Source: Lachnospiraceae bacterium
GTDB lineage: Bacteria; Bacillota; Clostridia; Lachnospirales; Lachnospiraceae
Direction of reading: 5' to 3'
NCBI GenBank assembly: GCA_022652545.1
Contig: JALCRM010000003.1
Location: forward strand, 78,885 to 142,884
DNA: 64,000 nucleotides
In this document: positions 49,512 to 60,032 of the stretch, in pieces
Numbering within the stretch: the first letter of the stretch is position 1
How the letters are laid out: each line of letters starts with the position of its first letter
The notes under the pieces: model-generated
Database searches by the model: none
The model's input: the letters and a program-made list of their open reading frames with translations, nothing else
Told to the model about the DNA's origin: nothing
Program-made: the position numbers and the translations under genes

Positions 49512-50087
49512 ATGGCAGAGGAAAAGAAGACTGCTGACAAACCGAAGGCGACTGTAAAACAGGCTGCTTTTAATGCAGAAGTCGTCAAGAAGGACGTTGA
49601 GAAGAAGGCCGAAGCAGTCAAGGCGCCTGTAAAGGCAGCCGAAAAGAAGGCGGATGCGGCCAAGAAAGAGACAGAGAAGAAGGTCGCTGAAGTAAAGAAG
49701 GCCGTCGAGAAGAAGAACGAAGAAACCAAAAAGGCAGTTGAGAAGGCGGAGAAGTCCGTCCAGAAAGTGGAGAAAAAAGTGGAAAAGAAGGTTGTCAAGG
49801 ACGTGAAGGAAGTTAAGAAGGATGTAGCGAAGAAGACCGCGGAAGTCAAGAAGGCTGTCGAAAAGGCAGTTCCCGTGAAGAAGGCTGAAGTCAAGACGGT
49901 CGTCAATATCCAGTTCGAAGGCAAAACCTATACCAACGAGTCCCTGCTCCAGTCTGCCAAGGATGTATGGCAGTATGACCTCAAGAAGAATCCGGCAGAC
50001 CTCAAGACCATCGAGCTCTATGTCAAGACCGAAGAGAGCAGAGTCTATTATGTCATGAATGGTGAGCTCGGTTCCTTCACGATCTGA
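49512..50087 (+). CDS. Lys/Ala/Glu/Val-rich repetitive protein with a C-terminal DUF6465-like domain
   Basis: KKAE/KKVE/EVKKAVEK repeats; C-terminal IQFEGK..IELYVKTEE.RVYYV.N; SD AAAGGAG. Confidence 0.75.
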   Translation: MAEEKKTADKPKATVKQAAFNAEVVKKDVEKKAEAVKAPVKAAEKKADAAKKETEKKVAEVKKAVEKKNEETKKAVEKAEKSVQKVEKKVEKKVVKDVKEVKKDVAKKTAEVKKAVEKAVPVKKAEVKTVVNIQFEGKTYTNESLLQSAKDVWQYDLKKNPADLKTIELYVKTEESRVYYVMNGELGSFTI

Positions 50088-50112
50088 TCCACAGGATACC
50101 AGTGCCTATGAC

Positions 50113-50144
50113 AGCCGCCGCAGAGTGATCTGCGGCGGCTTTTT
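50113..50144 (+). terminator. Intrinsic terminator
   Basis: AGCCGCCGCAGA-gtga-TCTGCGGCGGCT-TTTT. Confidence 0.85.
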
Positions 50145-50168
50145 CATTTTCTTTTAAGATTTGCATTG

Positions 50169-50197
50169 TTGACATAGCCAGGGACGGGTGGTATTTT
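50169..50197 (+). promoter_or_regulatory. Sigma-A promoter of the hrcA operon
   Basis: TTGACA-17bp-TATTTT with TG extension. Confidence 0.75.
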
Positions 50198-50212
50198 AAT
50201 GACAGCAATCGA

Positions 50213-50239
50213 TTAGCACTCAAACAAATCGAGTGCTAA
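50213..50239 (+). promoter_or_regulatory. CIRCE element (HrcA operator)
   Basis: Perfect TTAGCACTC-N9-GAGTGCTAA. Confidence 0.98.
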
Positions 50240-50281
50240 CAACCGCAGATGAGCGGTGTTTTTCTTAACAGAGGACAGAGA

Positions 50282-51310
50282 ATGGAACTGCCGGAAAGAA
50301 AAATGAAGATCCTGCAGGCGATCGTCCGGACTTACCTGGCGACAGGAGAGCCGGTGGGAAGCAGGACCATTTCGAAGGCCACGGACCTGAAGCTGAGCAG
50401 CGCGACGATCCGGAATGAAATGGCAGACCTAGAGGAACTGGGACTTATCGTTCAGCCTCATACCTCTGCGGGACGGATCCCTTCCGACGCCGGCTACCGC
50501 CTCTACGTCGACGAGATGCTCAAGAACAAGCAGAAGGAAGTCGACGATGAAAAACAGGTGCTCCTCGAAAGGGAAGACCGCCTGGAAAACCTGCTGAAGC
50601 AGGTCGCGAGGCTGCTGGCGGCGAATACGCAGTATGCTTCCATGATCTCCTCGCCGGTGATCATCAAGAACAAGATCAAGTTTATCCAGCTGACGCAGGT
50701 AGATCCGCAGCACGTGCTGGCCGTCATCGTCATCGAGGGAAATCTCATCCGGAATACGATGATCGATGTCGAAGGGGAACTCGGCAGCGAGCAGCTCCTG
50801 AAGCTGAACATGCTGCTGAACAGCAGTCTGGACGGCGTGTCCGTCGACCAGATCAACCTGGGACTCGTGGCAGCGATCAAGCAGCAGGCGGGTGAGAGCA
50901 GCGGCATCGCAGCCAAAGTGATCGACTCGGCCGCGGAAGTGATCAGGGCCGATGAGCATCCGGAGATCTACACCAGCGGAACAGACAATATCTTCCGCTA
51001 TCCGGAACTGTCGGATCAGCAGAAGGCCAGCCGCCTCATAGGAGACTTCGAAGAGCAGGAGACCCTGCGCAGCATCGTGAAGGAAAGTCTTGAGGACGGT
51101 ACGGACACAGGCATACAGGTCTACATCGGGAACGAAGTTCCTTCGAGCGGTGCGATGGAAGACTGCAGCGTGGTGACCGCCACCTATGAACTGGGCGAGG
51201 ATATGAAAGGTACGATCGGTATCATAGGCCCGAAGCGGATGGACTACGACAAGGTAGTGGATGTCATGAAAAACATCATGGCACAGCTCGATGACTACTA
51301 TAAAAAATAG
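50282..51310 (+). CDS. hrcA: Heat-inducible transcription repressor HrcA
   Basis: EPVGSRT, SSATIRNEM, PHTSAGRIPS, IGPKRMDY. Confidence 0.97.
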   Translation: MELPERKMKILQAIVRTYLATGEPVGSRTISKATDLKLSSATIRNEMADLEELGLIVQPHTSAGRIPSDAGYRLYVDEMLKNKQKEVDDEKQVLLEREDRLENLLKQVARLLAANTQYASMISSPVIIKNKIKFIQLTQVDPQHVLAVIVIEGNLIRNTMIDVEGELGSEQLLKLNMLLNSSLDGVSVDQINLGLVAAIKQQAGESSGIAAKVIDSAAEVIRADEHPEIYTSGTDNIFRYPELSDQQKASRLIGDFEEQETLRSIVKESLEDGTDTGIQVYIGNEVPSSGAMEDCSVVTATYELGEDMKGTIGIIGPKRMDYDKVVDVMKNIMAQLDDYYKK

Positions 51311-51336
51311 ACCGGAGCGTCAGAAAGGATACGGCA

Positions 51337-52053
51337 GTGGAAGACAAGGACAAGGAAAAGACAGAGGATACCGGACAGGACACAACGGAGAGGCAAGAAC
51401 CGCAGGAGCCGCAGGAAACAGCTGAACAGGGCACCGAAGAGTGCAGCCGGGCTGACGCGGAGGCAAAGGAGACAGAGCTCGAAGCAGAGCCTGCAGACGG
51501 CGGAAAGGACAGCGCTCCCGAGGAAAAGCCCGCAGAAGATGCGGCCAAAGAGGAAGAAAGTTCCAGGGACGGCGGCTTCTTTTCACATAAGAAGAAAGAC
51601 GACAGGCAGGTCCGCGAACTGAAGGAAAAGAACGAGGACCTGGAGGACCGCCTGAAACGGCAGCTGGCCGAGTTTGACAACTACCGCAGGCGCACGGAAA
51701 AGGAAAAGGAACAGATGTTTTCCATGGGAGAGCGCAGCGTTGCGGAAAAGATCCTCCCGATCGCCGACAACTTCGAACGGGGACTGGCCACGGTCACGGA
51801 AGACGGAAAAGACAGCGAGTTTGTAGACGGCATGCGCAAGGTCTACAGGCAGTTCACGGAAACGATGGATAAGATCGGGATCAAGCCGATCGAGGCAGTG
51901 GGAAAGGACTTCGATCCCGAGTACCACAGCGCAGTGATGCAGGTCGATGCCGAAGAGGGACAGGAAAGCGGCAAAGTCGTGCAGGAACTGCAAAAAGGCT
52001 ATATGTACCACGATACGGTGCTTCGGCACACGATGGTGGCAGTGTCAAAATAA
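51337..52053 (+). CDS. grpE: Nucleotide exchange factor GrpE
   Basis: AEFDNYRRR, DNFERG, FDPEYH.AV, QKGY. Confidence 0.96.
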   Translation: MEDKDKEKTEDTGQDTTERQEPQEPQETAEQGTEECSRADAEAKETELEAEPADGGKDSAPEEKPAEDAAKEEESSRDGGFFSHKKKDDRQVRELKEKNEDLEDRLKRQLAEFDNYRRRTEKEKEQMFSMGERSVAEKILPIADNFERGLATVTEDGKDSEFVDGMRKVYRQFTETMDKIGIKPIEAVGKDFDPEYHSAVMQVDAEEGQESGKVVQELQKGYMYHDTVLRHTMVAVSK

Positions 52054-52099
52054 CAGAACACAGTAAGCACACCTGGTGTGCAGAAACGGAGAGATAATT

Positions 52100-54013
52100 A
52101 TGAGTAAGATAATCGGCATTGACCTTGGTACTACAAACAGCTGCGTGGCAGTCATGGAAGGCGGCAAAGCAACAGTCATCCCCAACGCGGAAGGCGCAAG
52201 GACCACTCCTTCGATCGTGGCGTTTACCAAGAACGGAGAGAGACTGGTAGGCGAACCCGCAAAACGGCAGGCAGTCACGAACGCGGATCACACGATCTCC
52301 TCCATCAAGAGAAAAATGGGCACGGACGACGGACCCGTGATCGACGGCAAGAAGTATTCACCGCAGCAGATCTCCGCCATGATCCTTTCGAAACTGAAGG
52401 AAGATGCGGAAAGCTATCTCGGCGAGAAGGTTACGGATGCGGTCATCACCGTGCCGGCATATTTCAACGATGCACAGCGCCAGGCGACCAAGGATGCGGG
52501 ACGTATCGCAGGGCTTGATGTCAAGCGTATCATCAACGAGCCTACCGCTGCGGCACTGGCTTACGGCCTGGACAATGAAAAAGAGCAGAAGATCATGGTC
52601 TATGACCTTGGCGGCGGCACTTTCGATGTCTCCATCATCGAGATCGGCGACGGCGTCATCGAAGTCCTTGCTACAAACGGCGATACCCACCTCGGCGGCG
52701 ACGATTTTGACCAGAGGATCATCAACTGGATGCTTTCCGAGTTCAAGAGCAAGGAAAACGTAGATCTCTCGGGCGATACGGTGGCTATGCAGAGACTGAA
52801 GGAAGCGGCGGAAAAAGCCAAGAAGGAACTTTCCGCTTCCAACACGACGAACATCAACCTGCCGTTCATCACTTCCGTCAACAATACGCCCAAGCACCTG
52901 GATATGAATCTGACCAGGGCAAAGTTTGAAGAGCTGATTAGCGATCTGATCGACAAGACGGCAGTACCGGTACAGAACGCCATGAGAGACGCGGGACTTG
53001 GCAACGCCGATCTGGGCAAGGTACTGCTGGTAGGCGGTTCCACCCGTATCCCCTGCGTGCAGGACAAAGTGCAGCAGCTGACGGGCCACGATCCGAGCAA
53101 GACCCTGAACCCTGACGAATGCGTTGCGGTAGGCGCTGCGATCCAGGGCGGCAAACTGGCAGGCGATGCCGGCGCAGGCGATATCCTGCTCCTCGATGTG
53201 ACGCCGCTGACCCTTTCGATCGAGACCATGGGCGGTATCGCGACGCCTCTGATCGAGCGCAACACCACCATCCCCACCAAGAAGAGCCAGATCTTCTCGA
53301 CGGCGGCGGACAACCAGACGGCCGTGGACATCAATGTCCTGCAGGGCGAACGCAAGTTCGCAGCCGACAACAAGTCGCTCGGCCAGTTCAGACTGGACGG
53401 CATTGCACCGGCTCCCAGGGGAGTACCGCAGATCGAAGTGACCTTTGATATCGATGCCAACGGCATCATCAATGTTTCCGCCAAGGACCTCGGCACCGGA
53501 AAGGACCAGCACATCACCATCACGGCCGGTTCCAACATGTCCGAAGGCGATATTGAAAAGGCAGTCAAGGAAGCCAAGGAATACGAAGCACAGGACAAGA
53601 AAAAGAAGGATTCCGTAGATGCCCGCAACGAAGCCGATTCGTTCGCTTTCCAGACGGAAAAGGCTCTGAAGGAAGCAGGCGACAAGGTGGATCCGAGCCA
53701 GAAGTCGACTGTCGAAGCCGATCTGGCTGACCTGAAGACGGTACTGGATCGGACCAAGGACCAGGCCAACATCAGCGACAGCGATGTCGATGCACTGAAG
53801 ACCAAGAAGGAAAAACTGATGAACGACGCGCAGGCGCTGTTCACCAAGATGTATGAGAACGCGCAGCAGAGCGCAGGCCCTAATCCCGGGAACATGGGCG
53901 GCGCAGGCGCAGGCCAGAGCGATGCAGGCAATGCACAGCAGGGTACAGGCAGTGCACAGGGCACAGGCAATGGCGGAGACGACGTAGTAGACGGAGATTA
54001 TAAGGAAGTCTGA
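52100..54013 (+). CDS. dnaK: Chaperone DnaK
   Basis: [32 protein letters not shown]. Confidence 0.99.
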   Translation: MSKIIGIDLGTTNSCVAVMEGGKATVIPNAEGARTTPSIVAFTKNGERLVGEPAKRQAVTNADHTISSIKRKMGTDDGPVIDGKKYSPQQISAMILSKLKEDAESYLGEKVTDAVITVPAYFNDAQRQATKDAGRIAGLDVKRIINEPTAAALAYGLDNEKEQKIMVYDLGGGTFDVSIIEIGDGVIEVLATNGDTHLGGDDFDQRIINWMLSEFKSKENVDLSGDTVAMQRLKEAAEKAKKELSASNTTNINLPFITSVNNTPKHLDMNLTRAKFEELISDLIDKTAVPVQNAMRDAGLGNADLGKVLLVGGSTRIPCVQDKVQQLTGHDPSKTLNPDECVAVGAAIQGGKLAGDAGAGDILLLDVTPLTLSIETMGGIATPLIERNTTIPTKKSQIFSTAADNQTAVDINVLQGERKFAADNKSLGQFRLDGIAPAPRGVPQIEVTFDIDANGIINVSAKDLGTGKDQHITITAGSNMSEGDIEKAVKEAKEYEAQDKKKKDSVDARNEADSFAFQTEKALKEAGDKVDPSQKSTVEADLADLKTVLDRTKDQANISDSDVDALKTKKEKLMNDAQALFTKMYENAQQSAGPNPGNMGGAGAGQSDAGNAQQGTGSAQGTGNGGDDVVDGDYKEV

Positions 54014-54090
54014 CAATTATCTGCAGGTAAGCCGAAAGGCCCGGGCCGCTCTGTGAGCAGTCCGGGCAATTTGGCCATTCGGAGTGAAAG

Positions 54091-55254
54091 ATGGCAGCGG
54101 AACAGAAAAGAGATTATTACGAAGTGCTGGGCGTGGACAAAACTGCGTCACAGGAAGAGATCAAAAAAGCATACAGAGTGCTGGCCAAGAAATACCATCC
54201 CGACATGAATCCGGGCGACAAGGCTGCGGCGGAAAAGTTCAAGGAAGCGTCGGAAGCCTACGCGGTGCTGAGCGATGCGGAAAAGCGCAAGCAGTACGAT
54301 CAGTTCGGACATTCCGCTTTTGACGGGACGGGCGGCTTCGGTGCGGGAGGATTTGATTTCAACAGCGCCGATTTCGGAGACATTTTCGGCGACATCTTCG
54401 GCGATATCTTCGGCGGGGGAAGAACAGCCCGCGGAGGAGCTTCCGGTGGCCCCATGAAGGGTGCGAACATACGCACCAGTCTGCGCATCAGCTTTAAGGA
54501 AGCCGTATTCGGCTGCGACAAGGACCTGACCCTCAATCTCAAGGATCCCTGCCCTTCCTGCCACGGCACAGGCGCAAAGCCCGGAACGAATCCCCAGATC
54601 TGCCCGAAATGCCAGGGCAAGGGGCAGGTGGTCTATACGCAGCAGTCCTTCTTCGGGACTGTGAGAAATGTACAGACCTGTCCGGAATGCGGCGGCACGG
54701 GCAAGGTGATCCGCGACAAGTGCCCGGACTGCGGCGGCTCCGGTTATACGACCAGCCGCAGGACGATACGTGTTTCGATCCTTGCCGGCATAGACAACGG
54801 TATGAGCGTGCGTATCCGCGGCAAGGGAGAACCCGGACTGAGCGGCGGGCCGCGCGGCGACCTTCTGGTGGAGGTCCTGGTCTCCGGCGATCCGCAGTTC
54901 GTGCGGGAGGACGAAGATATCTATTCCAGCGTGAAAATCTCCTATGCCGTTGCGGCACTCGGCAATTCCGTGCTGATCGATACGGTGGACGGCAAGGTTC
55001 TGTACGATGTAAAGCCAGGCACCAAGACCGGGACCAAGGTCCGGCTCAGAGGCAAGGGAGTTCCTTCCCTGCGGGACAGCAAGGTGCGGGGAGACCAGTA
55101 CGTTACGCTTGTGGTGGATGTGCCCACGCAGCTGAGCAAGGAAGCCAGGGAAGCGCTGAAACAGTTCGACGCGCTCACAGGCAACACGCTGGCACCCGTG
55201 GTCACGGATGCCGAACGCGCGGGAGACAAAAAGAAGAAGTTCTGGAGCAAGTGA
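54091..55254 (+). CDS. dnaJ: Chaperone DnaJ
   Basis: HPD J-domain, G/F region, four CxxCxGxG repeats. Confidence 0.98.
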   Translation: MAAEQKRDYYEVLGVDKTASQEEIKKAYRVLAKKYHPDMNPGDKAAAEKFKEASEAYAVLSDAEKRKQYDQFGHSAFDGTGGFGAGGFDFNSADFGDIFGDIFGDIFGGGRTARGGASGGPMKGANIRTSLRISFKEAVFGCDKDLTLNLKDPCPSCHGTGAKPGTNPQICPKCQGKGQVVYTQQSFFGTVRNVQTCPECGGTGKVIRDKCPDCGGSGYTTSRRTIRVSILAGIDNGMSVRIRGKGEPGLSGGPRGDLLVEVLVSGDPQFVREDEDIYSSVKISYAVAALGNSVLIDTVDGKVLYDVKPGTKTGTKVRLRGKGVPSLRDSKVRGDQYVTLVVDVPTQLSKEAREALKQFDALTGNTLAPVVTDAERAGDKKKKFWSK

Positions 55255-55318
55255 TCTTTCGGCCGGACGGCAGTGCAGAAAATGCCGCCCGGCCGTTTCA
55301 TGACGGAGGCAAAACAGC

Positions 55319-56311
55319 ATGAAGTGGATGAGGTTCCGGGTCAGGACGCGCGCGGCTGCCGAGGATATTCTGATCGGCTCGATGCAGGACATAGGCCTGT
55401 GCGGCGCGCAGATCGAAGATCACGTGCCGCTGTCGGCGTCCGAAAAGGAGCAGATGTTTGTGGACATCATGCCGGACGAGGGCACCGACGACGGCTCCGC
55501 GGCAGTCAGCTTTTATGCGGAAGAAACGCCCGAAGGCATGCTGAAGACGGGAGATGCCGTGCGGAGCCCGGAAGAAGTCTGCAGCGCGATCAGGGAAGAG
55601 ATCGAAAAACTGAAGACCTGGTCGGACGAAATAGGCGAAGGCACGGTGACAGTCGAAGAGACAGAAGATATCGACTGGATCAATAACTGGAAACAGTATT
55701 TTCACCAGTTTTACATCGACGATATCCTGGTGATCCCCTCGTGGGAAAAACCGGCTCCCGGCGGGGAAAAGCCCGCGCTGGTGTTCCATATCGACCCCGG
55801 GACTGCTTTCGGCACCGGTATGCATGAAACGACACAGCTCTGCATCCGGCAGATCCGCGGATACCTGACACCGGAGACCGAGCTGCTGGATGTCGGCACC
55901 GGCAGCGGGATCCTTTCCATCCTGTCTCTGATGCTCGGGGCGCAGCATGCCGTCGGCACGGATCTCGATCCCTGCGCCGAACCCGCAGTCCGCCAGAACC
56001 TGGCTTCCAACGGCGTGGACCCGTCCAGGTTCCGCTTTATCCTGGGCAATCTCGTGAGCGACCCGTCCGTACAGGAAACGGTGGGCACAGGAAAATATGA
56101 CATCGTCGCGGCCAATATCCTGCCGCCTGTCCTGATCCCGCTTACGCCGGCCGCGGCGGCCTGTCTGAAAAAAGGCGGCGTATATATCACTTCAGGCATC
56201 ATTGACGGATATGAGGACAGTGTAGCGGAGGCCATGGAGAAAGCCGGCCTGGAAGTCGTCAGCCGCACACGGCAGGGAGAGTGGAACTGCGTGGTCGGCA
56301 GGAAAAACTGA
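55319..56311 (+). CDS. prmA: Ribosomal protein L11 methyltransferase
   Basis: DPGTAFGTGMHETT, LDVGTGSGIL, ANIL, SGII. Confidence 0.95.
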   Translation: MKWMRFRVRTRAAAEDILIGSMQDIGLCGAQIEDHVPLSASEKEQMFVDIMPDEGTDDGSAAVSFYAEETPEGMLKTGDAVRSPEEVCSAIREEIEKLKTWSDEIGEGTVTVEETEDIDWINNWKQYFHQFYIDDILVIPSWEKPAPGGEKPALVFHIDPGTAFGTGMHETTQLCIRQIRGYLTPETELLDVGTGSGILSILSLMLGAQHAVGTDLDPCAEPAVRQNLASNGVDPSRFRFILGNLVSDPSVQETVGTGKYDIVAANILPPVLIPLTPAAAACLKKGGVYITSGIIDGYEDSVAEAMEKAGLEVVSRTRQGEWNCVVGRKN

Positions 56312-56322
56312 AAGGAGAGGGC

Positions 56323-57066
56323 ATGCTGCATATTTTTGCGGATCCTTCTGCGATGCAGGGCGATCTGCTCACAGTCACGGGACCGGAGGTGAACCATATC
56401 CGCAGCGTGCTGCGGATGAAGCCGGGAGAAGAGATCAGCGTCAGCAGCGGGGCGGATACGAAGGAGTACCGCTACGGGATAGAAGAGATCCGGGAAGACA
56501 GGGTCCTCTGCCGCCTGCGTTTCGTGAAGGAAGCCGACGTGGAACTGCCGGTGCGGGTCTGTCTTTTCCAGGGGCTGCCCAAGGCGGATAAAATGGAATG
56601 GATCGTCCAGAAGACGGTGGAACTCGGCGTGAACGAGATCGTGCCGCTGCGCTGCGAACGTTCCGTGGTGCGACTGGACGCGGAAAGATCGGAGAAGAAG
56701 ACGGCCAGGTGGCAGACGATCGCCGAAGCAGCCGCACAGCAGAGCCGCCGTCAGATCGTGCCGCAGGTGAAGAACCCCATGTCCGTGAAGGAAGCCCTGG
56801 CGTACGCGGGCAGTTTTGACGTGCGCATCATTCCTTACGAGCTGGCCTCGAACGCACGAGGCACCAAGGAAATCTTCCGCGGCCTGCGACCGGGCGCTTC
56901 CCTGGCTGTTTTCATCGGCCCCGAAGGAGGCTTCGAAGCGTCCGAAATCGAGGAAGCCAAAGCCGCCGGCGTGGAGCCTGTCACGCTGGGACGCCGTATC
57001 CTGCGCACGGAATCGGCGGCGATGGTCGTGCTGTCCTGGCTGATCTACGAAACAGAGATCGTCTGA
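56323..57066 (+). CDS. rsmE: 16S rRNA m3U1498 methyltransferase
   Basis: HIRSVLR, QKTVELGV, IGPEGGF, LGRRILRTESA. Confidence 0.96.
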   Translation: MLHIFADPSAMQGDLLTVTGPEVNHIRSVLRMKPGEEISVSSGADTKEYRYGIEEIREDRVLCRLRFVKEADVELPVRVCLFQGLPKADKMEWIVQKTVELGVNEIVPLRCERSVVRLDAERSEKKTARWQTIAEAAAQQSRRQIVPQVKNPMSVKEALAYAGSFDVRIIPYELASNARGTKEIFRGLRPGASLAVFIGPEGGFEASEIEEAKAAGVEPVTLGRRILRTESAAMVVLSWLIYETEIV

Positions 57067-57163
57067 AAACTTGACAACGCATACGGCAGCGTGACAGAAT
57101 TGGAAAGTTGTCAGGAGACGGCTTCTGATCCAAAGGGCCGGGACTCCTCCCACGGGGGCGCAG

Positions 57164-58324
57164 ATGGAACGGGAAATATATCTGGATAATTCGGCCACGA
57201 CACGTGTTTTTCCGGAAGTCGCGGAACTTATGAACAGGATCTACCTGGAGGAATACGGCAATCCTTCCAGCATGCATCACAAGGGCGTGGAGGCGGAACG
57301 GGAGTTGCGCCTGGCGGGGGAAACCCTGGCCGGCATCCTGAAATGTACGCCTAAGAACCTGATCTATACGTCCTGCGGTACGGAGTCGGACAACCTTGCC
57401 ATCATCGGCGCGGCCCGCGCGGCCAGCCGCCGCGGGAAGCATCTTGTCACGACGGTGATCGAGCACCCGGCCGTTCTGGAAACGATGAAGTATCTGGAGG
57501 GCGAGGGCTGGGAGATCACCCGCCTGCCGGTGGACGGAAACGGCCTGCTGGATCCGGAGGACGTGCGCCGGGCAGTCCGCCCGGACACCGTCCTCGTTTC
57601 GGTCATGCACACGAACAACGAGATCGGGGCACGCGAACCGATCGCGGAGATCGGCGCGGCCATCAAGGAAAAGAATCCGGAGACGCTCTTCCATGTGGAC
57701 GCCGTGCAGGCGTTCGGCAAGGCGCGTATCATACCGTCCGAATGCCGCATTGACCTGCTCGCTGCCAGCGGACACAAGATCCATGCCGCCAAGGGGACAG
57801 GTCTCCTTTACGTTGCACCGGGCGTGCGGATCCGCAATATCATCTACGGCGGCGGGCAGCAGGGAGGCATGCGCTCGGGGACGGAAAATGTGGCGGGCAT
57901 CGCAGGCATGGCCCTGGCGGCCGGCATCCTCTACGGAAAGCTGGACGAGGACCTGGACAAGCTGTACACAATGCGCGAAAGCTTTACGGCGCGCGTGAGC
58001 AGAATCCCGGATGTGCATGTGAACGGTCTGCCGGGCCGCGGCAGTGCGCCGCAGGTCATCAGCCTGTCCGTGCGCGGCGTGCGCGCGGAAGTGCTGCTGC
58101 ACGCGCTGGAGGACAGGAAGATCTATGTTTCGGCCGGCAGTGCCTGCGCTTCCAACCACCCGCACGTGTCGGAGACGCTCAGGGCGATCGGGTGCCCTGC
58201 GGAGGACCTCGACAGCACCATACGCGTCAGTACTTCCGTCATGAACACGCAGGAGGACATGGACTGCGCCGCGCAGGCGCTCGAAGAGATCGTCCCGATG
58301 CTGCGACGGTATTCGAGACAGTAG
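57164..58324 (+). CDS. Cysteine desulfurase (IscS/NifZ-like, paired with thiI)
   Basis: YLDNSATT, GNPSS, HVDAVQ, SGHK, RSGTEN, SAGSAC. Confidence 0.93.
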   Translation: MEREIYLDNSATTRVFPEVAELMNRIYLEEYGNPSSMHHKGVEAERELRLAGETLAGILKCTPKNLIYTSCGTESDNLAIIGAARAASRRGKHLVTTVIEHPAVLETMKYLEGEGWEITRLPVDGNGLLDPEDVRRAVRPDTVLVSVMHTNNEIGAREPIAEIGAAIKEKNPETLFHVDAVQAFGKARIIPSECRIDLLAASGHKIHAAKGTGLLYVAPGVRIRNIIYGGGQQGGMRSGTENVAGIAGMALAAGILYGKLDEDLDKLYTMRESFTARVSRIPDVHVNGLPGRGSAPQVISLSVRGVRAEVLLHALEDRKIYVSAGSACASNHPHVSETLRAIGCPAEDLDSTIRVSTSVMNTQEDMDCAAQALEEIVPMLRRYSRQ

Positions 58325-58381
58325 GCGGAAGAAGACCGCAGCCCGCTTTTGCGGACCGGGCAGGGAAAGGAAATATAGGCC

Positions 58382-59632
58382 ATGCGCTATCAGTCTTTTC
58401 TGATCAAATATGCCGAGATCGGCATCAAGGGCAAGAACCGCTATATTTTTGAAGACGACCTGATCGACCAGATCAAGATCGTGCTGCACCGGTGCGAGGG
58501 AAGCTTTCATGTGACCCGTACGTCCGGGCGCATTTTTGTCAACGCCGACGGGAACTATGACTATGACGGGGTCGTAGGCGAACTCAGCAAAGTGTTCGGC
58601 ATCGTGGGGATCTGTCCGATCGCCGTCTGCGAAGTCCTGCCGTACGAAGAACTGTCGAAGGCGGTAACGGCCTTCTTCGGCGAAGAGTACCCGGACCGCC
58701 GCCACACCTTCAAGGTGCTGACGCGTCGCCTGGCCAAAAACTATCCCATGGATTCCCTCGAGCTCAACGCGGCACTCGGCGGTGATCTGCTGGAGCAGTA
58801 CCCCGACCTGCGTGTGGATGTGCACGACCCGGAGATCATACTGCACGTGGAGATCCGCGACAGAGTCTATCTGTACACGCATGTGATCCCCGGCCCCGGA
58901 GGCCTGCCGGTCGGCAGCGCCGGCAAGGCCATGCTGCTGCTTTCGGGAGGCATTGATTCGCCCGTCGCCGGCTGGATGATGGCCAAGCGCGGGCTTAAGC
59001 TGGATGCCGTCTACTACAACGCCCCGCCTTATACCAGCGAGCGGGCGCTGCAGAAGGTCATTGACTTGGCCTCGAAGGTCTCGGTCTACACCGGCCCGAT
59101 CTACCTGCACAACATCAACTTTACCGAGATCCAGCTCTATATTTACGACAACTGCCCGCACGACGAACTGACGATCATCATGCGCCGCGAGATGATGCGC
59201 ATTGCGGAGAAGCTTGCCCGTGCGACGGACTGCGGCGCTCTCATCACAGGGGAATCCCTGGGACAGGTGGCTTCACAGACCATGCGCTCCCTCGAGTGCA
59301 CGAACGCCGTCTGTACGCTTCCGGTGTTCCGCCCGCTCATCGGTTTCGACAAGGAAGAGATCATTGCGATCTCCAAGAAGATCGACACCTACGACACATC
59401 GATCCTTCCGTACGAGGACTGCTGCACGATCTTTGTGGCAAAACATCCTGTCACAAAGCCGATCCTCGACGTGATCGCGAGGCACGAGCACAGGATAGAG
59501 GACAAAATAGAGGAAATGATAGATCGTGCGATCGCGACGGACGAGATCATCATGGCCGACCGCGGGGGATCGAAGATCCTGAAGGAAAGAGACAGGGAGC
59601 TGCCCGCAGCCATGCGCGCGAAGGTACAATAA
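58382..59632 (+). CDS. thiI: tRNA 4-thiouridine synthase ThiI
   Basis: THUMP domain, LLSGGIDSPVA, GESLGQVASQT, PYEDCC. Confidence 0.96.
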   Translation: MRYQSFLIKYAEIGIKGKNRYIFEDDLIDQIKIVLHRCEGSFHVTRTSGRIFVNADGNYDYDGVVGELSKVFGIVGICPIAVCEVLPYEELSKAVTAFFGEEYPDRRHTFKVLTRRLAKNYPMDSLELNAALGGDLLEQYPDLRVDVHDPEIILHVEIRDRVYLYTHVIPGPGGLPVGSAGKAMLLLSGGIDSPVAGWMMAKRGLKLDAVYYNAPPYTSERALQKVIDLASKVSVYTGPIYLHNINFTEIQLYIYDNCPHDELTIIMRREMMRIAEKLARATDCGALITGESLGQVASQTMRSLECTNAVCTLPVFRPLIGFDKEEIIAISKKIDTYDTSILPYEDCCTIFVAKHPVTKPILDVIARHEHRIEDKIEEMIDRAIATDEIIMADRGGSKILKERDRELPAAMRAKVQ

Positions 59633-59666
59633 AAAAAACAGCCTTCCGGCATAGGCCGGAAGGCTG
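59631..59666 (-). terminator. Intrinsic terminator for the minus-strand HPr-like gene (possibly bidirectional)
   Basis: A8 followed by CAGCCTTCCGGC-atag-GCCGGAAGGCTG. Confidence 0.8.
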
Positions 59667-59699
59667 CTCTCAGACTGGGAACGTCCTGTTTCTGAATTC

Positions 59700-59930
59700 T
59701 CAGATCATGTAAGGCTTAAGAACGGCGAGAACTTCATCGACATTGTCCTCGGCATGGATGTTCAGGTCGATCGGCTTGGACAGATCCAGCGAGAAAATAC
59801 CCATGATGGATTTTGCATCGATGACATATCTGCCCGAAACGAGATCGAAATCATAATCGAACTTGGTGATGTCGTTCACGAATGACTTTACCTTATCGAT
59901 GGAATTCAGAGAGATCTTAACTGTTTTCAT
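59700..59930 (-). CDS. Short HPr-family protein lacking the His15 motif
   Basis: MKTVKISLNSIDKVKSFV...IDAKSIMGIFSLDLS; SD GGAGG. Confidence 0.9.
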   Translation of the reverse strand: MKTVKISLNSIDKVKSFVNDITKFDYDFDLVSGRYVIDAKSIMGIFSLDLSKPIDLNIHAEDNVDEVLAVLKPYMI

Positions 59931-60032
59931 TGGATTATACCTCCTTGGTGGAATACCTGCCTTCTGTTTTAGTCTACGGGGAAGGCACATAAAAGTCAAC
60001 GGTTAAACGGCACAAAAAAACGGGGTCCAGCG

